DNA of 64,000 nucleotides from a virus. The stretch is from IMG/VR virus record IMGVR_UViG_3300020470_005894, positions 1 through 64,000 of that record. One strand, 5' to 3'. Below, one piece after another: positions 1 through 8,417 of this stretch. The notes below the pieces were generated by a model, which had not been told where the DNA came from, made no database searches, and worked only from the letters and a program-made list of their open reading frames with translations. Numbering within the stretch: position 1 is the first letter of the stretch; each line of letters begins with the position of its first letter. A program made the position numbers and the translations under genes.

Positions 1-2979
1 CAACTCCTCAACAGTTTGAAGTCTGCCATACTCATCAGTTAGCTTATATATCCGGTCATATATCTCTTTATGCTTTTCAGGCGTAAGCTCACTCCACTTA
101 TCTGGACTGTCCATCGACCTGACAAAGCGCCCGATAGTTCTAAAGCCTCTGACTATCTCTACGCGGTCGTCCATAAACTGAGACATTGGTGTCGTCTCAA
201 ATGCTGTACCTAGATGCCCGTAGTACCACTGCATCCTACCTTCACCGCTAGTTGTGTGCTTATCTGGCAGTTGGAACTCACCATGAGCTAGTCTAGCAAG
301 ATTTAGCCGCTCTTTCTTCTCAGGATCAGTTCCCCACTCTCTCGCGACTTGAAAAATCTCTTGGTCTATCTTATGTACCATTTCATCAATACTTTTCAAA
401 AACTGTTTAATATACATACCAAGTTTTGCATATCCGCTCTCTTGCTTTGGCGATAGTGTCTGCAAAACTCCTGAAACTTCCTGAGTGAGCAAAGAAATGT
501 CCTCGTCCAGCATCTTTACAAAATTCAGTGCAGCCTTAAATAGTTCTTCTGTTTCCTGTATCGTAAACCCGTGGTGTGGCTCATCGTCGAGTGCAAAGCG
601 CACAATGGCGAGAACAGTTTTTCTTGGCACACCGGTCGGGGGAGTATATTCTTTGTATGAACTCTTCGTTCCCGATGCTCTCTCATAATCTACGTCCGCT
701 AGCGCAAGAGTAAAGCCCATCGCGATATAATCTTCAATATCCTGAGCAGTAACTTGTTTAGCCTGCTCTTCTTGTTCTTGAAGTGGAAGTCTAAGCTGCT
801 TCTTCGCAGACATGTGGGCCTGGGCAAATAACTTTGCCATGTTTCTGATTACTTGACGAGTAAACTTTGGTGAAATATAAGACTTGACTCGGAAATTACC
901 TGTGTTTCTTACGTCACCAAACTCTCCATGCAGTATTTCTTTTGTCGGCATCCTTCCTGCTGGGATCTGCACCACTACTTGGTCCTCCTTGTCGAGATCA
1001 TCTGGTAGTAGCGGATCGCCGTGCATTGGATAAGTGAGCGTATAGCCTCCAGTATTGTCTGGGCGAAGAATGAACTTTGAGAAGTTCTGCCTCTCCTCCT
1101 CTACATCTTTGCGGAGAAGATCAGTGAAGGTTGGCTTTGCGAAACCGCTTTGCTGCAGCACTGAAATCATCTCATCCCTATACTCGCTTAAACTTTTTTC
1201 ATCTTCAGCAAGTTGGTCGCAGAAGTGCTCAAAGTCGTCAGCGCCGCCATAGAAATCAAACCTGGCGATAAACTCTACATAATCCTCCATTGAATCTTCT
1301 TCTAGTTCGTAGTCAGATAGCTCGTGACTATAACTGCTGTGGTCAGCGTAGAAGTCGACTTGATCTCTTATGTCGTTTGCTAGTGGCTGCAGTGACCTCC
1401 AATCTGACGGAAAATCCTCTGCATTGGGGCCGTTGAGCATGGCTCTTATAATACATTCAGCAGTGGCCTGAATCACCGGGCCGCTCTGACCTTCTTCGTC
1501 GCCTCCAGCTTCAGCCCACTCGTAGGAACTGTCCTGAGTCCATTCCATACCGGTGTCTGGATCTATAACTTCGTATGAAAAACTTCTGACGTATACACCG
1601 CCGTCGTCAACGGTACCGGCATGGCGCTCGGCGGCGCTCTCCAATTCATATACGCGCTGGTCGATTACCTCGATTAAGGCATCGATACCGCCAACCATGC
1701 GCTCCTCTTCTTCTTCCCTGTCTTGCCAGGCACCGCCTTCTGCATACTCAAAACCTTCACCACCATAATCCTCGAAGGCGGCAGTAAACAGGCGCCTTGG
1801 ATTTGTATCCTGGTAGCTCCCACCTTTGAGCACGAAATCCCTGAGGTAGTCAGGATCCATCTTCATAGGGTCAGGGTTTTCATCGGTCTCGGCTTCAACA
1901 TCATGCACTAGAGCCTCGGACCACTTATCTTTCTGGGATTCCAGTGCCCAATCTCTAATGGCCTCATAAAACCCTGGCATGTCTTGGCCGTAGATTCTTT
2001 TTTCAGGCATTAGAAGAGAATACTTATTGTCAGATGTAAAGGTTCCGACCTTGTCGAACCTCCGAAGCCTTACTCTTCCGACTGGCTCGATGCCGTCGAC
2101 TCCACGATCATCGTCCTCAAATATTTCATTGTCCTCTAGATCAACCTGTTCTAAGTCCGCAGTCTCGATTATATAAGCAACGGACCCTGCGCCTTTGGCT
2201 TCCTTCACCGCACAGTGAAAATGCGAATTGCCCTCTGAGTGGCAAGAGCTTATGTTTCTGTGGTCAGACATTCTCAATACGTCGACTGGATGGCGAGAAA
2301 TAATAACCGAGTAATCAGTCATCATCTCTTCTGGGTTCTCACGAAAATACCTTGAATCTTTATTCCAAAACTCGACAAACTCATACAAGGTATCGCCATA
2401 AGTTTCATACTTAAAATGCTTCTTGTAATCTATCTGCGCCTTTTCCACCTCTTCGGAGGCTTTCTTGTAGTCTGGGTCGTTACTAAGGTCGTCGAGGACG
2501 CCGGGATCGGCTTGTGCTCTTCGTCTCTCAAAAAACTCTCGGCGCGCTGCGTTGGCTTCTTGCCTACTGTCGTCAATTCTTTTGTTTAGCGCTGCAGCTC
2601 GTTGCAAAACTTTACCAATCTTCTGCTGCTTCTTACGCATTATCTTCTTGGTGTTAGGGTCGTTTGGGTTGCCTGTAAAACTTTCAAACTCTTTTGTTGC
2701 TAATCCAGATCCAAAGTCTACTTCATAGCCCTGTTCTTCCAGCCATCTAATTAGACGATATATTTTTGAGCCCGGCTGTATCGTGCGGCCTAATGGTATG
2801 ACGATACGTGTCTTGCCGTCGAAAAGGTCATTGAATGGGAGGTTAAGCTCGCCTCCATTATCAGCCAGCCAGTCTTCAACATGTTCAGCAAACTCATAGG
2901 AAACTTCGTTAAGAATATTCTCCATGAGTATACCAGATTCAAACTTCTTCCAGCTTTCGAAAAACTTTTGCATCTTCAT
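1..2979 (-). CDS. Large hypothetical protein (>=993 aa, C-terminus runs off the window); probable head-internal virion protein
   Basis: Not in ORF track because no stop lies in the window. ATG at 2979 reads MKMQKFFESWKKFESGILMENILNE...; no in-frame stop in the stretches translated by hand (the N-terminal third and segments down to base 1). Contains SRHPVDVLRMSD..SSCHS; late-promoter-like motif immediately upstream. Confidence 0.8.
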   Translation of the reverse strand, partial: MKMQKFFESWKKFESGILMENILNEVSYEFAEHVEDWLADNGGELNLPFNDLFDGKTRIVIPLGRTIQPGSKIYRLIRWLEEQGYEVDFGSGLATKEFESFTGNPNDPNTKKIMRKKQQKIGKVLQRAAALNKRIDDSRQEANAARREFFERRRAQADPGVLDDLSNDPDYKKASEEVEKAQIDYKKHFKYETYGDTLYEFVEFWNKDSRYFRENPEEMMTDYSVIISRHPVDVLRMSDHRNISSCHSEGNSHFHCAVKEAKGAGSVAYIIETADLEQVDLEDNEIFEDDDRGVDGIEPVGRVRLRRFDKVGTFTSDNKYSLLMPEKRIYGQDMPGFYEAIRDWALESQKDKWSEALVHDVEAETDENPDPMKMDPDYLRDFVLKGGSYQDTNPRRLFTAAFEDYGGEGFEYAEGGAWQDREEEEERMVGGIDALIEVIDQRVYELESAAERHAGTVDDGGVYVRSFSYEVIDPDTGMEWTQDSSYEWAEAGGDEEGQSGPVIQATAECIIRAMLNGPNAEDFPSDWRSLQPLANDIRDQVDFYADHSSYSHELSDYELEEDSMEDYVEFIARFDFYGGADDFEHFCDQLAEDEKSLSEYRDEMISVLQQSGFAKPTFTDLLRKDVEEERQNFSKFILRPDNTGGYTLTYPMHGDPLLPDDLDKEDQVVVQIPAGRMPTKEILHGEFGDVRNTGNFRVKSYISPKFTRQVIRNMAKLFAQAHMSAKKQLRLPLQEQEEQAKQVTAQDIEDYIAMGFTLALADVDYERASGTKSSYKEYTPPTGVPRKTVLAIVRFALDDEPHHGFTIQETEELFKAALNFVKMLDEDISLLTQEVSGVLQTLSPKQESGYAKLGMYIKQFLKSIDEMVHKIDQEIFQVAREWGTDPEKKERLNLARLAHGEFQLPDKHTTSGEGRMQWYYGHLGTAFETTPMSQFMDDRVEIVRGFRTIGRFVRSMDSPDKWSELTPEKHKEIYDRIYKLTDEYGRLQTVEEL

Positions 2980-3010
2980 AGTAATAAATAGTTATTTTTT
3001 TGTTAATCTT

Positions 3011-3190
3011 CTATGTAATCAACTGTAGCTGTGAAGGACCATGAGTTGATTTAAATTCAGTGTCGAACCAATGTACTAGGTAAGTTGTATAAGTTGTACA
3101 AGATGACTTATTTCTCGACGACTTAACCTCAACAATAATACCTTGCGACCCGGGCATTGTTTTGTCTGTTACTAGGTCGCCTACTTCCAT
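3011..3190 (-). CDS. Small KOW/SH3-like 'VGDLV' protein (59 aa)
   Basis: Hand translation MEVGDLVTDKTMPGSQGIIVEVK...YLVHWFD; fills the gap between genes; below ORF-track cutoff. Confidence 0.6.
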   Translation of the reverse strand: MEVGDLVTDKTMPGSQGIIVEVKSSRNKSSCTTYTTYLVHWFDTEFKSTHGPSQLQLIT

Positions 3191-3193
3191 CAG

Positions 3194-3496
3194 TCAATCC
3201 GATACTATCTTATCAATAACTTCCAAAGTCTTTTCCATGACTTTTAAGGCCATAACATCTTTTACAGCCTCAGCTAGATCCTCTGCGCTGCTATTGTGCA
3301 GCTTCAAAAAATCTTCTGTACTCATGTTAGATTTAGAATTATGGCAATTAAACTTTTCACTGACAGCAGAATCTTGATCCTGTTGGGTGGGACGTTTATT
3401 TCTTTGTTCATTATTTACTTCTTGATTTTGTGATTGCACGCCTTGCCCGGGTCGTGAAGGTGATACAACCTGCGAAGTAACTGCGCTAACTTTCAT
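3194..3496 (-). CDS. Hypothetical protein (likely start MKVSAV)
   Basis: ORF track; AGAGG SD before ATG 3496; promoter motif at 3553-3560. Confidence 0.6.
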   Translation of the reverse strand: MKVSAVTSQVVSPSRPGQGVQSQNQEVNNEQRNKRPTQQDQDSAVSEKFNCHNSKSNMSTEDFLKLHNSSAEDLAEAVKDVMALKVMEKTLEVIDKIVSD

Positions 3497-3576
3497 ATTG
3501 ATACCTCTTTTTTTATCTCTTGTATGTCCTGTTAATGGTAAATACATCGATAATAAATAGTACCTATACTAAAGAT

Positions 3577-3807
3577 TTAACGAGAACTCTCGTAGTAATT
3601 ACGATCAAAAACCGCGTAAGAAGACTTCATGTAGGCAATTGCTTGCTCTACTTTAATATCGTAACCTTGAGCGGCCATGGCTTCTACAATGCCAAGCGCT
3701 ATCTTTTTGGGAGGCTGATAATTTTTATCCTGCTCCTTAAGCAGTTTTCTATAGCCTTTGATGCGATCTTTTTTGTAATTGGAATATATTAACTTATTGC
3801 CTTTCAT
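3577..3807 (-). CDS. Hypothetical basic protein
   Basis: ORF track with start adjusted to MKGNK; sigma70-like promoter upstream. Confidence 0.5.
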   Translation of the reverse strand: MKGNKLIYSNYKKDRIKGYRKLLKEQDKNYQPPKKIALGIVEAMAAQGYDIKVEQAIAYMKSSYAVFDRNYYESSR

Positions 3808-3894
3808 ATTAATAACACGCGTGGTATGCCAATACCATAACAACGATCAACAGCATGTCAAGCATAAAAAACTTTAAAGCTGGATCAAAATCTT

Positions 3895-4098
3895 TCATTT
3901 ACTCTCACTCACAACTTCTAAATCCTGAGCCATAAAGCTTATTATCCTATCTCCAACAGTAGGAAACATAACACTGTAAACGTCACATTTACTCTGAAGA
4001 ATTATTCCAATCGCATGGAAAGGTATTCCGATAATATCATTTATACCGCCGGTAAAGTGTGAATGGATATTCAATTTAACTAAGTCTCCTACTTTCAC
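3895..4098 (-). CDS. Small KOW/SH3-like 'VGDLV' protein
   Basis: GTG start VKVGDLVK...GIIL...DLEVVSE; promoter motif at 4105-4112. Confidence 0.55.
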   Translation of the reverse strand: MKVGDLVKLNIHSHFTGGINDIIGIPFHAIGIILQSKCDVYSVMFPTVGDRIISFMAQDLEVVSESK

Positions 4099-4129
4099 CT
4101 CATAGTAAATAGTAAGGAAAGTAATTAGA

Positions 4130-4243
4130 TTAGAATTTCCAGAACATAAATAAGATGTAACCAAACATCGCAGAGGCGCTCACAGCAGCAAAAACTAATG
4201 TAAATCGCTCCATTTTTTCTATGTCTTTCTTAAAACTACTCAT
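4130..4243 (-). CDS. Small membrane protein (37 aa)
   Basis: Hand translation MSSFKKDIEKMERFTLVFAAVSASAMFGYILFMFWKF; overlaps the upstream stop. Confidence 0.4.
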   Translation of the reverse strand: MSSFKKDIEKMERFTLVFAAVSASAMFGYILFMFWKF

Positions 4244-4451
4244 TCGAGTCCTCCGGGTAACTCTCTAGTGTTGTCAAACACTCTTCGGCCTCTGACAATA
4301 CTTTTGTCCAATGCGTTATTTCATCCAGCAACTTAGAATGCTCTCCAATACCCACTGAATTATTAAAATAAGTGTCTAATACTGCGCGCGCCTCGTCAGC
4401 TTTAGACTGGAAGTGTGTAATTGCTGCTCTATAATAAAGGTTATCTTTCAC
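4236..4451 (-). CDS. Conserved phage protein with GIGEH motif
   Basis: GTG start after AGGAG; NSVGIGEHS motif recalled from marine T4-like phage proteins. Confidence 0.6.
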   Translation of the reverse strand: MKDNLYYRAAITHFQSKADEARAVLDTYFNNSVGIGEHSKLLDEITHWTKVLSEAEECLTTLESYPEDSNE

Positions 4452-4466
4452 TTTTTCTCCTTTGTT

Positions 4467-4543
4467 TGGCACGCCCGACAGGATTCGAACCTGTGACCCT
4501 CGGCTTAGAAGGCCGATGCTCTATCCAGCTGAGCTACGGGCGC
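4467..4543 (-). tRNA. tRNA-Arg(UCU)
   Basis: GCGCCCGTAGCTCAGCTGGATAGAGCA TCGGC CT TCT AA GCCGA GGGTC ACAGGTTCGAATCCTGT CGGGCGTG CCA; full cloverleaf with encoded CCA. Confidence 0.95.
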
Positions 4544-4704
4544 ATGTATTAATTAACCATGAGATAAACCATCAACGACATGAACCATCCTGATAAAATC
4601 AATGTGGCCAGCAACACTTCAGCAGACGCCTCTGTGTTGTTGTGATTAAATTTTCTTTTAAAGTATTTTCTAATTTTCATAATCTATCTCCAAAGATTTT
4701 GTAT

Positions 4705-4781
4705 TGGTGGGCTCTCTCGGACTTGAACCGAGGACTACCCCGTTATGAGCGGGGGGCTCTAACCAACTGAGCTAAGAGCCC
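4705..4781 (-). tRNA. tRNA with CAU anticodon, most like tRNA-Ile2 (lysidine); Met not excluded
   Basis: GGGCTCTTAGCTCAGTTGGTTAGAGC CCCCG CT CAT AA CGGGG...GGTTCAAGTCC...GAGCCC A CCA; G1-C72 pair argues against initiator fMet. Confidence 0.9.
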
Positions 4782-4788
4782 AAAAAAA

Positions 4789-4875
4789 TGGTAGCCGAGG
4801 CGGGACTCGAACCCGCAAGCCCAAACGGGCGACAGATTTTAAGTCTGTTGTGTATGCCAATTCCACCACTCGGCC
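4789..4875 (-). tRNA. tRNA-Leu(UAA)
   Basis: GGCCGAGTGGTGGAATTGGCATACAC AACAGA CT TAA AA TCTGT, long variable arm, GGTTCGAGTCC, CCA end. Confidence 0.95.
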
Positions 4876-4899
4876 AAAAATAAAGGGGCCGAAGCCCCT
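4876..4899 (-). terminator. Intrinsic terminator or processing hairpin
   Basis: GGGGC-TTCG-GCCCC followed by TTTATTTTT, between the lipoprotein stop and tRNA-Leu. Confidence 0.7.
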
Positions 4900-4903
4900 A
4901 CCC

Positions 4904-5224
4904 TTACGGGATTTGCGGTAAGAAGAAAGATGAATCGGGTACGGGATTATTCTCAAAACTTGTTGGATCCTCATCCAATCCCGGCTCATCCTCTTCGCTG
5001 ATCTCAGGTGTCTCCTCAGAGTCAAGGTTTTCCTCTGTGTCCTCTTCCACTGTAGGAACAACATCAGTCTCGTCAAGAGAAACATCTTCGCTCTCTAAAT
5101 CTTCAACCATGATATCCTCAACAGTCACTTCATACTCAACCTCCTCTGAAACTGCAGAGTCAACTGAACTACAACCAGACACACCTGAAATCATTAGCAC
5201 TAAAGCTGTAAAAAAAAGTTTCAT
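4904..5224 (-). CDS. Acidic lipoprotein
   Basis: Hydrophobic signal peptide with lipobox VSG-C, followed by an E/D-rich disordered body; AGGAG SD. Confidence 0.7.
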   Translation of the reverse strand: MKLFFTALVLMISGVSGCSSVDSAVSEEVEYEVTVEDIMVEDLESEDVSLDETDVVPTVEEDTEENLDSEETPEISEEDEPGLDEDPTSFENNPVPDSSFFLPQIP

Positions 5225-5285
5225 AATATTCTCCTTTTAAATTATGAAACATAAATATAGTTATTTTTTTAGAAAAGTAAAAAAA

Positions 5286-5444
5286 TTACCATCCTTGCTT
5301 AGATGCTTTATTTTGCACCTCGTCAATAACAATATTAGTTGTGCTTGAAACATCTTTAGCAATATCACCTACGGTTGTTTTGTTGTCTACACAATATGGC
5401 GCAGCCGTGGCCATAAATAAAACCAATAAAATTACATACTTCAT
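5286..5444 (-). CDS. Small secreted or membrane protein (52 aa)
   Basis: Hand translation MKYVILLVLFMATAAPYCVDNK...; GGAG SD. Confidence 0.5.
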   Translation of the reverse strand: MKYVILLVLFMATAAPYCVDNKTTVGDIAKDVSSTTNIVIDEVQNKASKQGW

Positions 5445-5446
5445 TC

Positions 5447-5632
5447 TTACTCCTTTTTGTTTTTTTCTTCTTCACTTAATATGGTTTTCAGTTTATCTCT
5501 AATTGAATCGACCATACTCATTCTGCCATCAGCAGTTCCAGTCTGGTAATCAATTGCCTTCTTAAGCATATAGAGATCTTTAAGAACCTCACTTAAGACG
5601 TTCTCTCTTTTATCAGGAACGTACACTCTCAT
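5447..5632 (-). CDS. Hypothetical protein
   Basis: ORF track; AGGAG SD. Confidence 0.55.
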   Translation of the reverse strand: MRVYVPDKRENVLSEVLKDLYMLKKAIDYQTGTADGRMSMVDSIRDKLKTILSEEEKNKKE

Positions 5633-5643
5633 ACTTCGCTCTC

Positions 5644-5799
5644 CTATAAATCGATTATGATAACTCTTTTCTCTTCTTTTTCTTCAGGTGGCCGGTTATC
5701 TGGCCAGTCTTTGGGTTTGCTCCAATCATCCTCAGGTGGCACCGGAGGTGGAGCATAGATAGGTAACGGCGCATAAGGCCTAGGCTCCTTGCCCTTCAT
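5644..5799 (-). CDS. Small proline-rich protein ending RVIIIDL (51 aa)
   Basis: Hand translation MKGKEPRPYAPLPIYAPPPVPPEDDW...EEKRVIIIDL; ATGA overlap with the upstream gene. Confidence 0.55.
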   Translation of the reverse strand: MKGKEPRPYAPLPIYAPPPVPPEDDWSKPKDWPDNRPPEEKEEKRVIIIDL

Positions 5800-5981
5800 C
5801 TGCCCTGTCCTCTGTAAGGCTTCTTGCGTCTGTGACGAGCGCTAGGAGTGGATCCCGCGCGCTTATTTTCATAGTGGGTCTCGCCTCCAGAATGAGACTT
5901 TTTTGTGTAAGTGCCAGACCCCTGCACTGTCTTCTTTTTGTTGTAAGATGTCGATCTCGACATGCCATAAATTCTAGCCAT
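5796..5981 (-). CDS. Small basic phage protein (YRGQG C-terminus family)
   Basis: KKTVQGSG...KKPYRGQGR resembles a small basic protein recalled from marine T4-like phages. Confidence 0.65.
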   Translation of the reverse strand: MARIYGMSRSTSYNKKKTVQGSGTYTKKSHSGGETHYENKRAGSTPSARHRRKKPYRGQGR

Positions 5982-6423
5982 TGAATATCTCCTTGTCTAC
6001 GGCTCGATCAAACATGGTTATACCATTTAAATGATCAATTTCATGTTGAACGCACACACACTCTAGTGCGTTATGTTCAAAAGAGAAGTATAGTTGATTT
6101 ACATGGTTATCATCCTTAACCACGATATCTGTCCATCTCTCAGTTAAAACATAGTCCCCAGGAAACGAAAGACAACCCTCTTGGAAAAAACTTTTTCCAA
6201 ATTTTCCTACTATCTTTGGGTTGATAAGCACAATAGGCTTTGCTACTTTTACAACACAAACGGCGCTATCGATACCAATCTGATTGGCTGCGAGGCCGAC
6301 GCCATCACCTTCAGCTAAGACCTCCAAAAGGCGATTGCCTAGGTGGATTCCTTCTGCCTTTGAAGGGCATGGTCTACATGCCTTAATGAGTGCTTTTTTA
6401 TCTGTCACATAAGTATAAGACAT
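5974..6423 (-). CDS. def: Peptide deformylase
   Basis: All three PDF motifs present: GVGLAANQIG, EGCLS, QHEIDHLNG. Confidence 0.95.
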   Translation of the reverse strand: MSYTYVTDKKALIKACRPCPSKAEGIHLGNRLLEVLAEGDGVGLAANQIGIDSAVCVVKVAKPIVLINPKIVGKFGKSFFQEGCLSFPGDYVLTERWTDIVVKDDNHVNQLYFSFEHNALECVCVQHEIDHLNGITMFDRAVDKEIFNG

Positions 6424-6433
6424 CTGTTAAGAG

Positions 6434-6478
6434 CCCTCCAGACCCACATCATATACTAATAACTATGAGTCTGGAGGG
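6434..6478 (-). promoter_or_regulatory. Hairpin sequestering the def Shine-Dalgarno, with a late-promoter-like motif at the top of the hairpin
   Basis: CCCTCCAGACTCATA / TGTGGGTCTGGAGGG 15-bp stem; the 3' arm carries GGAGG; TAGTTATTA spans the stem top and loop. Confidence 0.65.
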
Positions 6479-6492
6479 GTAAACGCTTTTAA

Positions 6493-6927
6493 TTAAGTAA
6501 TGTTAACATTAATCGCTTTAGATTCCGGCTTGGCCGGTAAACTGATTCGCAACAATCCGTTATCATAGCTAGCCTTGGCGCTGGCCAGATCCAAATCGCT
6601 GTCATAGTTAACAAAAGTTTTATGAAAAGCTCGTCGAGCAATCCGCCTTGATTTAAAACTATTCTGTTCCTCGTCACCATGTGAGTCCGCACTAACATGA
6701 ATTTCTCTCTTTTCAGGAATAATTTCGACATGAAGGTTCTCTTTTTCGAATCCTGCTAAAGCGAACTCCATGACAGTAGCGCCATCTTCAGCTTTGTAGA
6801 TATCGGCAACGGGATATCCCTGCGTTGTTCTCTGCATTAACTGTGGAAAATCCAACATAGAATCAAAAATATCCTCAAATACGCTGCGCCCTAATAGGCT
6901 CGGTCTGTAAGTAGTAAGTGTAGTCAT
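6493..6927 (-). CDS. Small heat-shock protein (Hsp20/IbpA-like)
   Basis: YPVADI, EFALAGF, RRIARRAFHKTF, A.YDNGLLRISLP and C-terminal INV/I motif. Confidence 0.93.
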   Translation of the reverse strand: MTTLTTYRPSLLGRSVFEDIFDSMLDFPQLMQRTTQGYPVADIYKAEDGATVMEFALAGFEKENLHVEIIPEKREIHVSADSHGDEEQNSFKSRRIARRAFHKTFVNYDSDLDLASAKASYDNGLLRISLPAKPESKAINVNIT

Positions 6928-6980
6928 AACAATTTTCTCCTTTTATAGCAAGTTATGTTCGATGGCCATAAAGCACCATC
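6928..6980 (-). promoter_or_regulatory. ROSE-like RNA thermometer leader of hsp20
   Basis: GATGG..CCATC hairpin, then CTTGCT-ATAAA-AGGAG; the UYGCU motif is positioned to pair with the SD. Confidence 0.55.
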
Positions 6981-6986
6981 TTAAAA

Positions 6987-7014
6987 ACAATAAGAACAAA
7001 AAAGCCTAAGTCAA
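6987..7014 (-). promoter_or_regulatory. sigma70-like promoter of hsp20
   Basis: TTGACT-N16-TATTGT. Confidence 0.45.
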
Positions 7015-7040
7015 CACTCTAATTAAAAAAATATTTTAAA

Positions 7041-7412
7041 TTAATGCAAGCTAACCGAATGAGATAGACGCATAAGTTCACTGACTGCATAATATCTAGC
7101 TAACATGAGACTCTGTAAATCATGTATCGTTCTTTCTGCAAAAATATATTCCTCTTCTCCTGTATCCTCATTGGTATGATAAATTGGATCCTTTATCTCA
7201 ACATTAATACTCTGAATTATAGAATAATTTAGCCATATCAGCTGCGCCACAATAGGCATAGCAACATGGCTAGAAACTGCCAAGCTGGCTTCACTCGTCA
7301 TATCTTTTATCAAATCTAGAGAAATTAATTTTTGCTCTTCAGTTTCTTCTAGAATTTCATCAACATAGCTCTTCGGCATTGCCAATATTGCTGGCTTTTT
7401 TTCTTCAGTCAC
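7041..7412 (-). CDS. Hypothetical protein
   Basis: ORF track; overlaps the glutaredoxin stop. Confidence 0.6.
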   Translation of the reverse strand: MTEEKKPAILAMPKSYVDEILEETEEQKLISLDLIKDMTSEASLAVSSHVAMPIVAQLIWLNYSIIQSINVEIKDPIYHTNEDTGEEEYIFAERTIHDLQSLMLARYYAVSELMRLSHSVSLH

Positions 7413-7647
7413 CGGAAAGCCACTTTTGCAAGTCAGTATATCCGCCTATCAATTTAATATCTTGGCCGTTGCGAGAGAAGATCATGGGTACTGTTTTCCA
7501 ATCGTAAGCTTTCTTCATCTCGCTTAGTAGTTCTAATTGATCCCTCTCAAATTTAACAACTTTATATTGCAACCCTTTTTCATTCAGCAAATCAATGGCC
7601 ATTGTGCAATACGGGCAGCTATCACGTATAAATACAACATAATTCAT
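7405..7647 (-). CDS. grx: Glutaredoxin
   Basis: CPYC, TVPMIF and IGGYTDL motifs. Confidence 0.95.
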   Translation of the reverse strand: MNYVVFIRDSCPYCTMAIDLLNEKGLQYKVVKFERDQLELLSEMKKAYDWKTVPMIFSRNGQDIKLIGGYTDLQKWLSGD

Positions 7648-7934
7648 GTTTGAACACCTATCTTTTTTATTATATCTTGCAAGTCCCCAACAACATTGAT
7701 GTTGGAAACACGATTTCCGTAATCAACAACCATATTAGTATAGGGCACTTCCTTGCTCAGGCCAAAAACCAATTCGCCTTTCTGGGCGGTGTTGTATAAA
7801 GCACTATTATCTTTAGCCGTGATGATATACGACGGGTTAATATAGACAGCTCGTAACTCATAGGTAGCTACGTTCTCCTCAAGCTGCTCGTCATATACGA
7901 CTGGTCCTTGAAATATTTCCGTAAATTCAATCAT
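7644..7934 (-). CDS. FlbD-like small beta protein
   Basis: MIEFTE...VYINPSYII...VVGDLQDIIKKI resembles the FlbD pattern, with insertions. Confidence 0.4.
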   Translation of the reverse strand: MIEFTEIFQGPVVYDEQLEENVATYELRAVYINPSYIITAKDNSALYNTAQKGELVFGLSKEVPYTNMVVDYGNRVSNINVVGDLQDIIKKIGVQT

Positions 7935-7936
7935 TT

Positions 7937-8131
7937 TTATCCTGTTTTGTATACATTGTTCTCTTCTACCTTCCAGGTCTTACTGTTATAAAAAACTTCA
8001 TAAAACCCATTTCTTTTGCCTGTTATTAACAGATTAACCGGGCGCGTAAGTTTTAACGTATTTTTTTCATTAAAAATAGTAACCTCAGAAGGTATATAAA
8101 CTAAATCGCCAATATTAAAAACATCAGGCAT
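7937..8131 (-). CDS. Small SH3/KOW-like protein (FNIGDLVYIP)
   Basis: ORF track, start adjusted; GDLV motif. Confidence 0.55.
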   Translation of the reverse strand: MPDVFNIGDLVYIPSEVTIFNEKNTLKLTRPVNLLITGKRNGFYEVFYNSKTWKVEENNVYKTG

Positions 8132-8417
8132 CTTGTTCTGTCCCCGCATTAGAAATTACACTTTCCTCTGCGACCTCTTCGTTAACTGCTTTGTACCATC
8201 CGGTGGCGATATTTATGATGTCTACTATTTTGCTTTCAAGCACAGAAACTCTAGCAGCTGCCTCTTCCAGGTTTTTAATCGTCGTCGACACATCGTCCAA
8301 ATCGACATTAATTTGCCCAGCTAACTTCCTCAAGTCTGCCTTACATCCTGAAACCATGCCATCAACTAATTCAGGTATTTCAGCAATGTCATGTGTGCTA
8401 GTAACTTTTACTTTCAT
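8124..8417 (-). CDS. Hypothetical helical protein
   Basis: ORF track; ATGA-type coupling to groEL. Confidence 0.6.
   Translation of the reverse strand: MKVKVTSTHDIAEIPELVDGMVSGCKADLRKLAGQINVDLDDVSTTIKNLEEAAARVSVLESKIVDIINIATGWYKAVNEEVAEESVISNAGTEQDA

Noticed and set aside
4759-5085. 108-aa minus-strand ORF
   Set aside because: It overlaps tRNA-Leu, the CAU tRNA and the lipoprotein gene in another frame.
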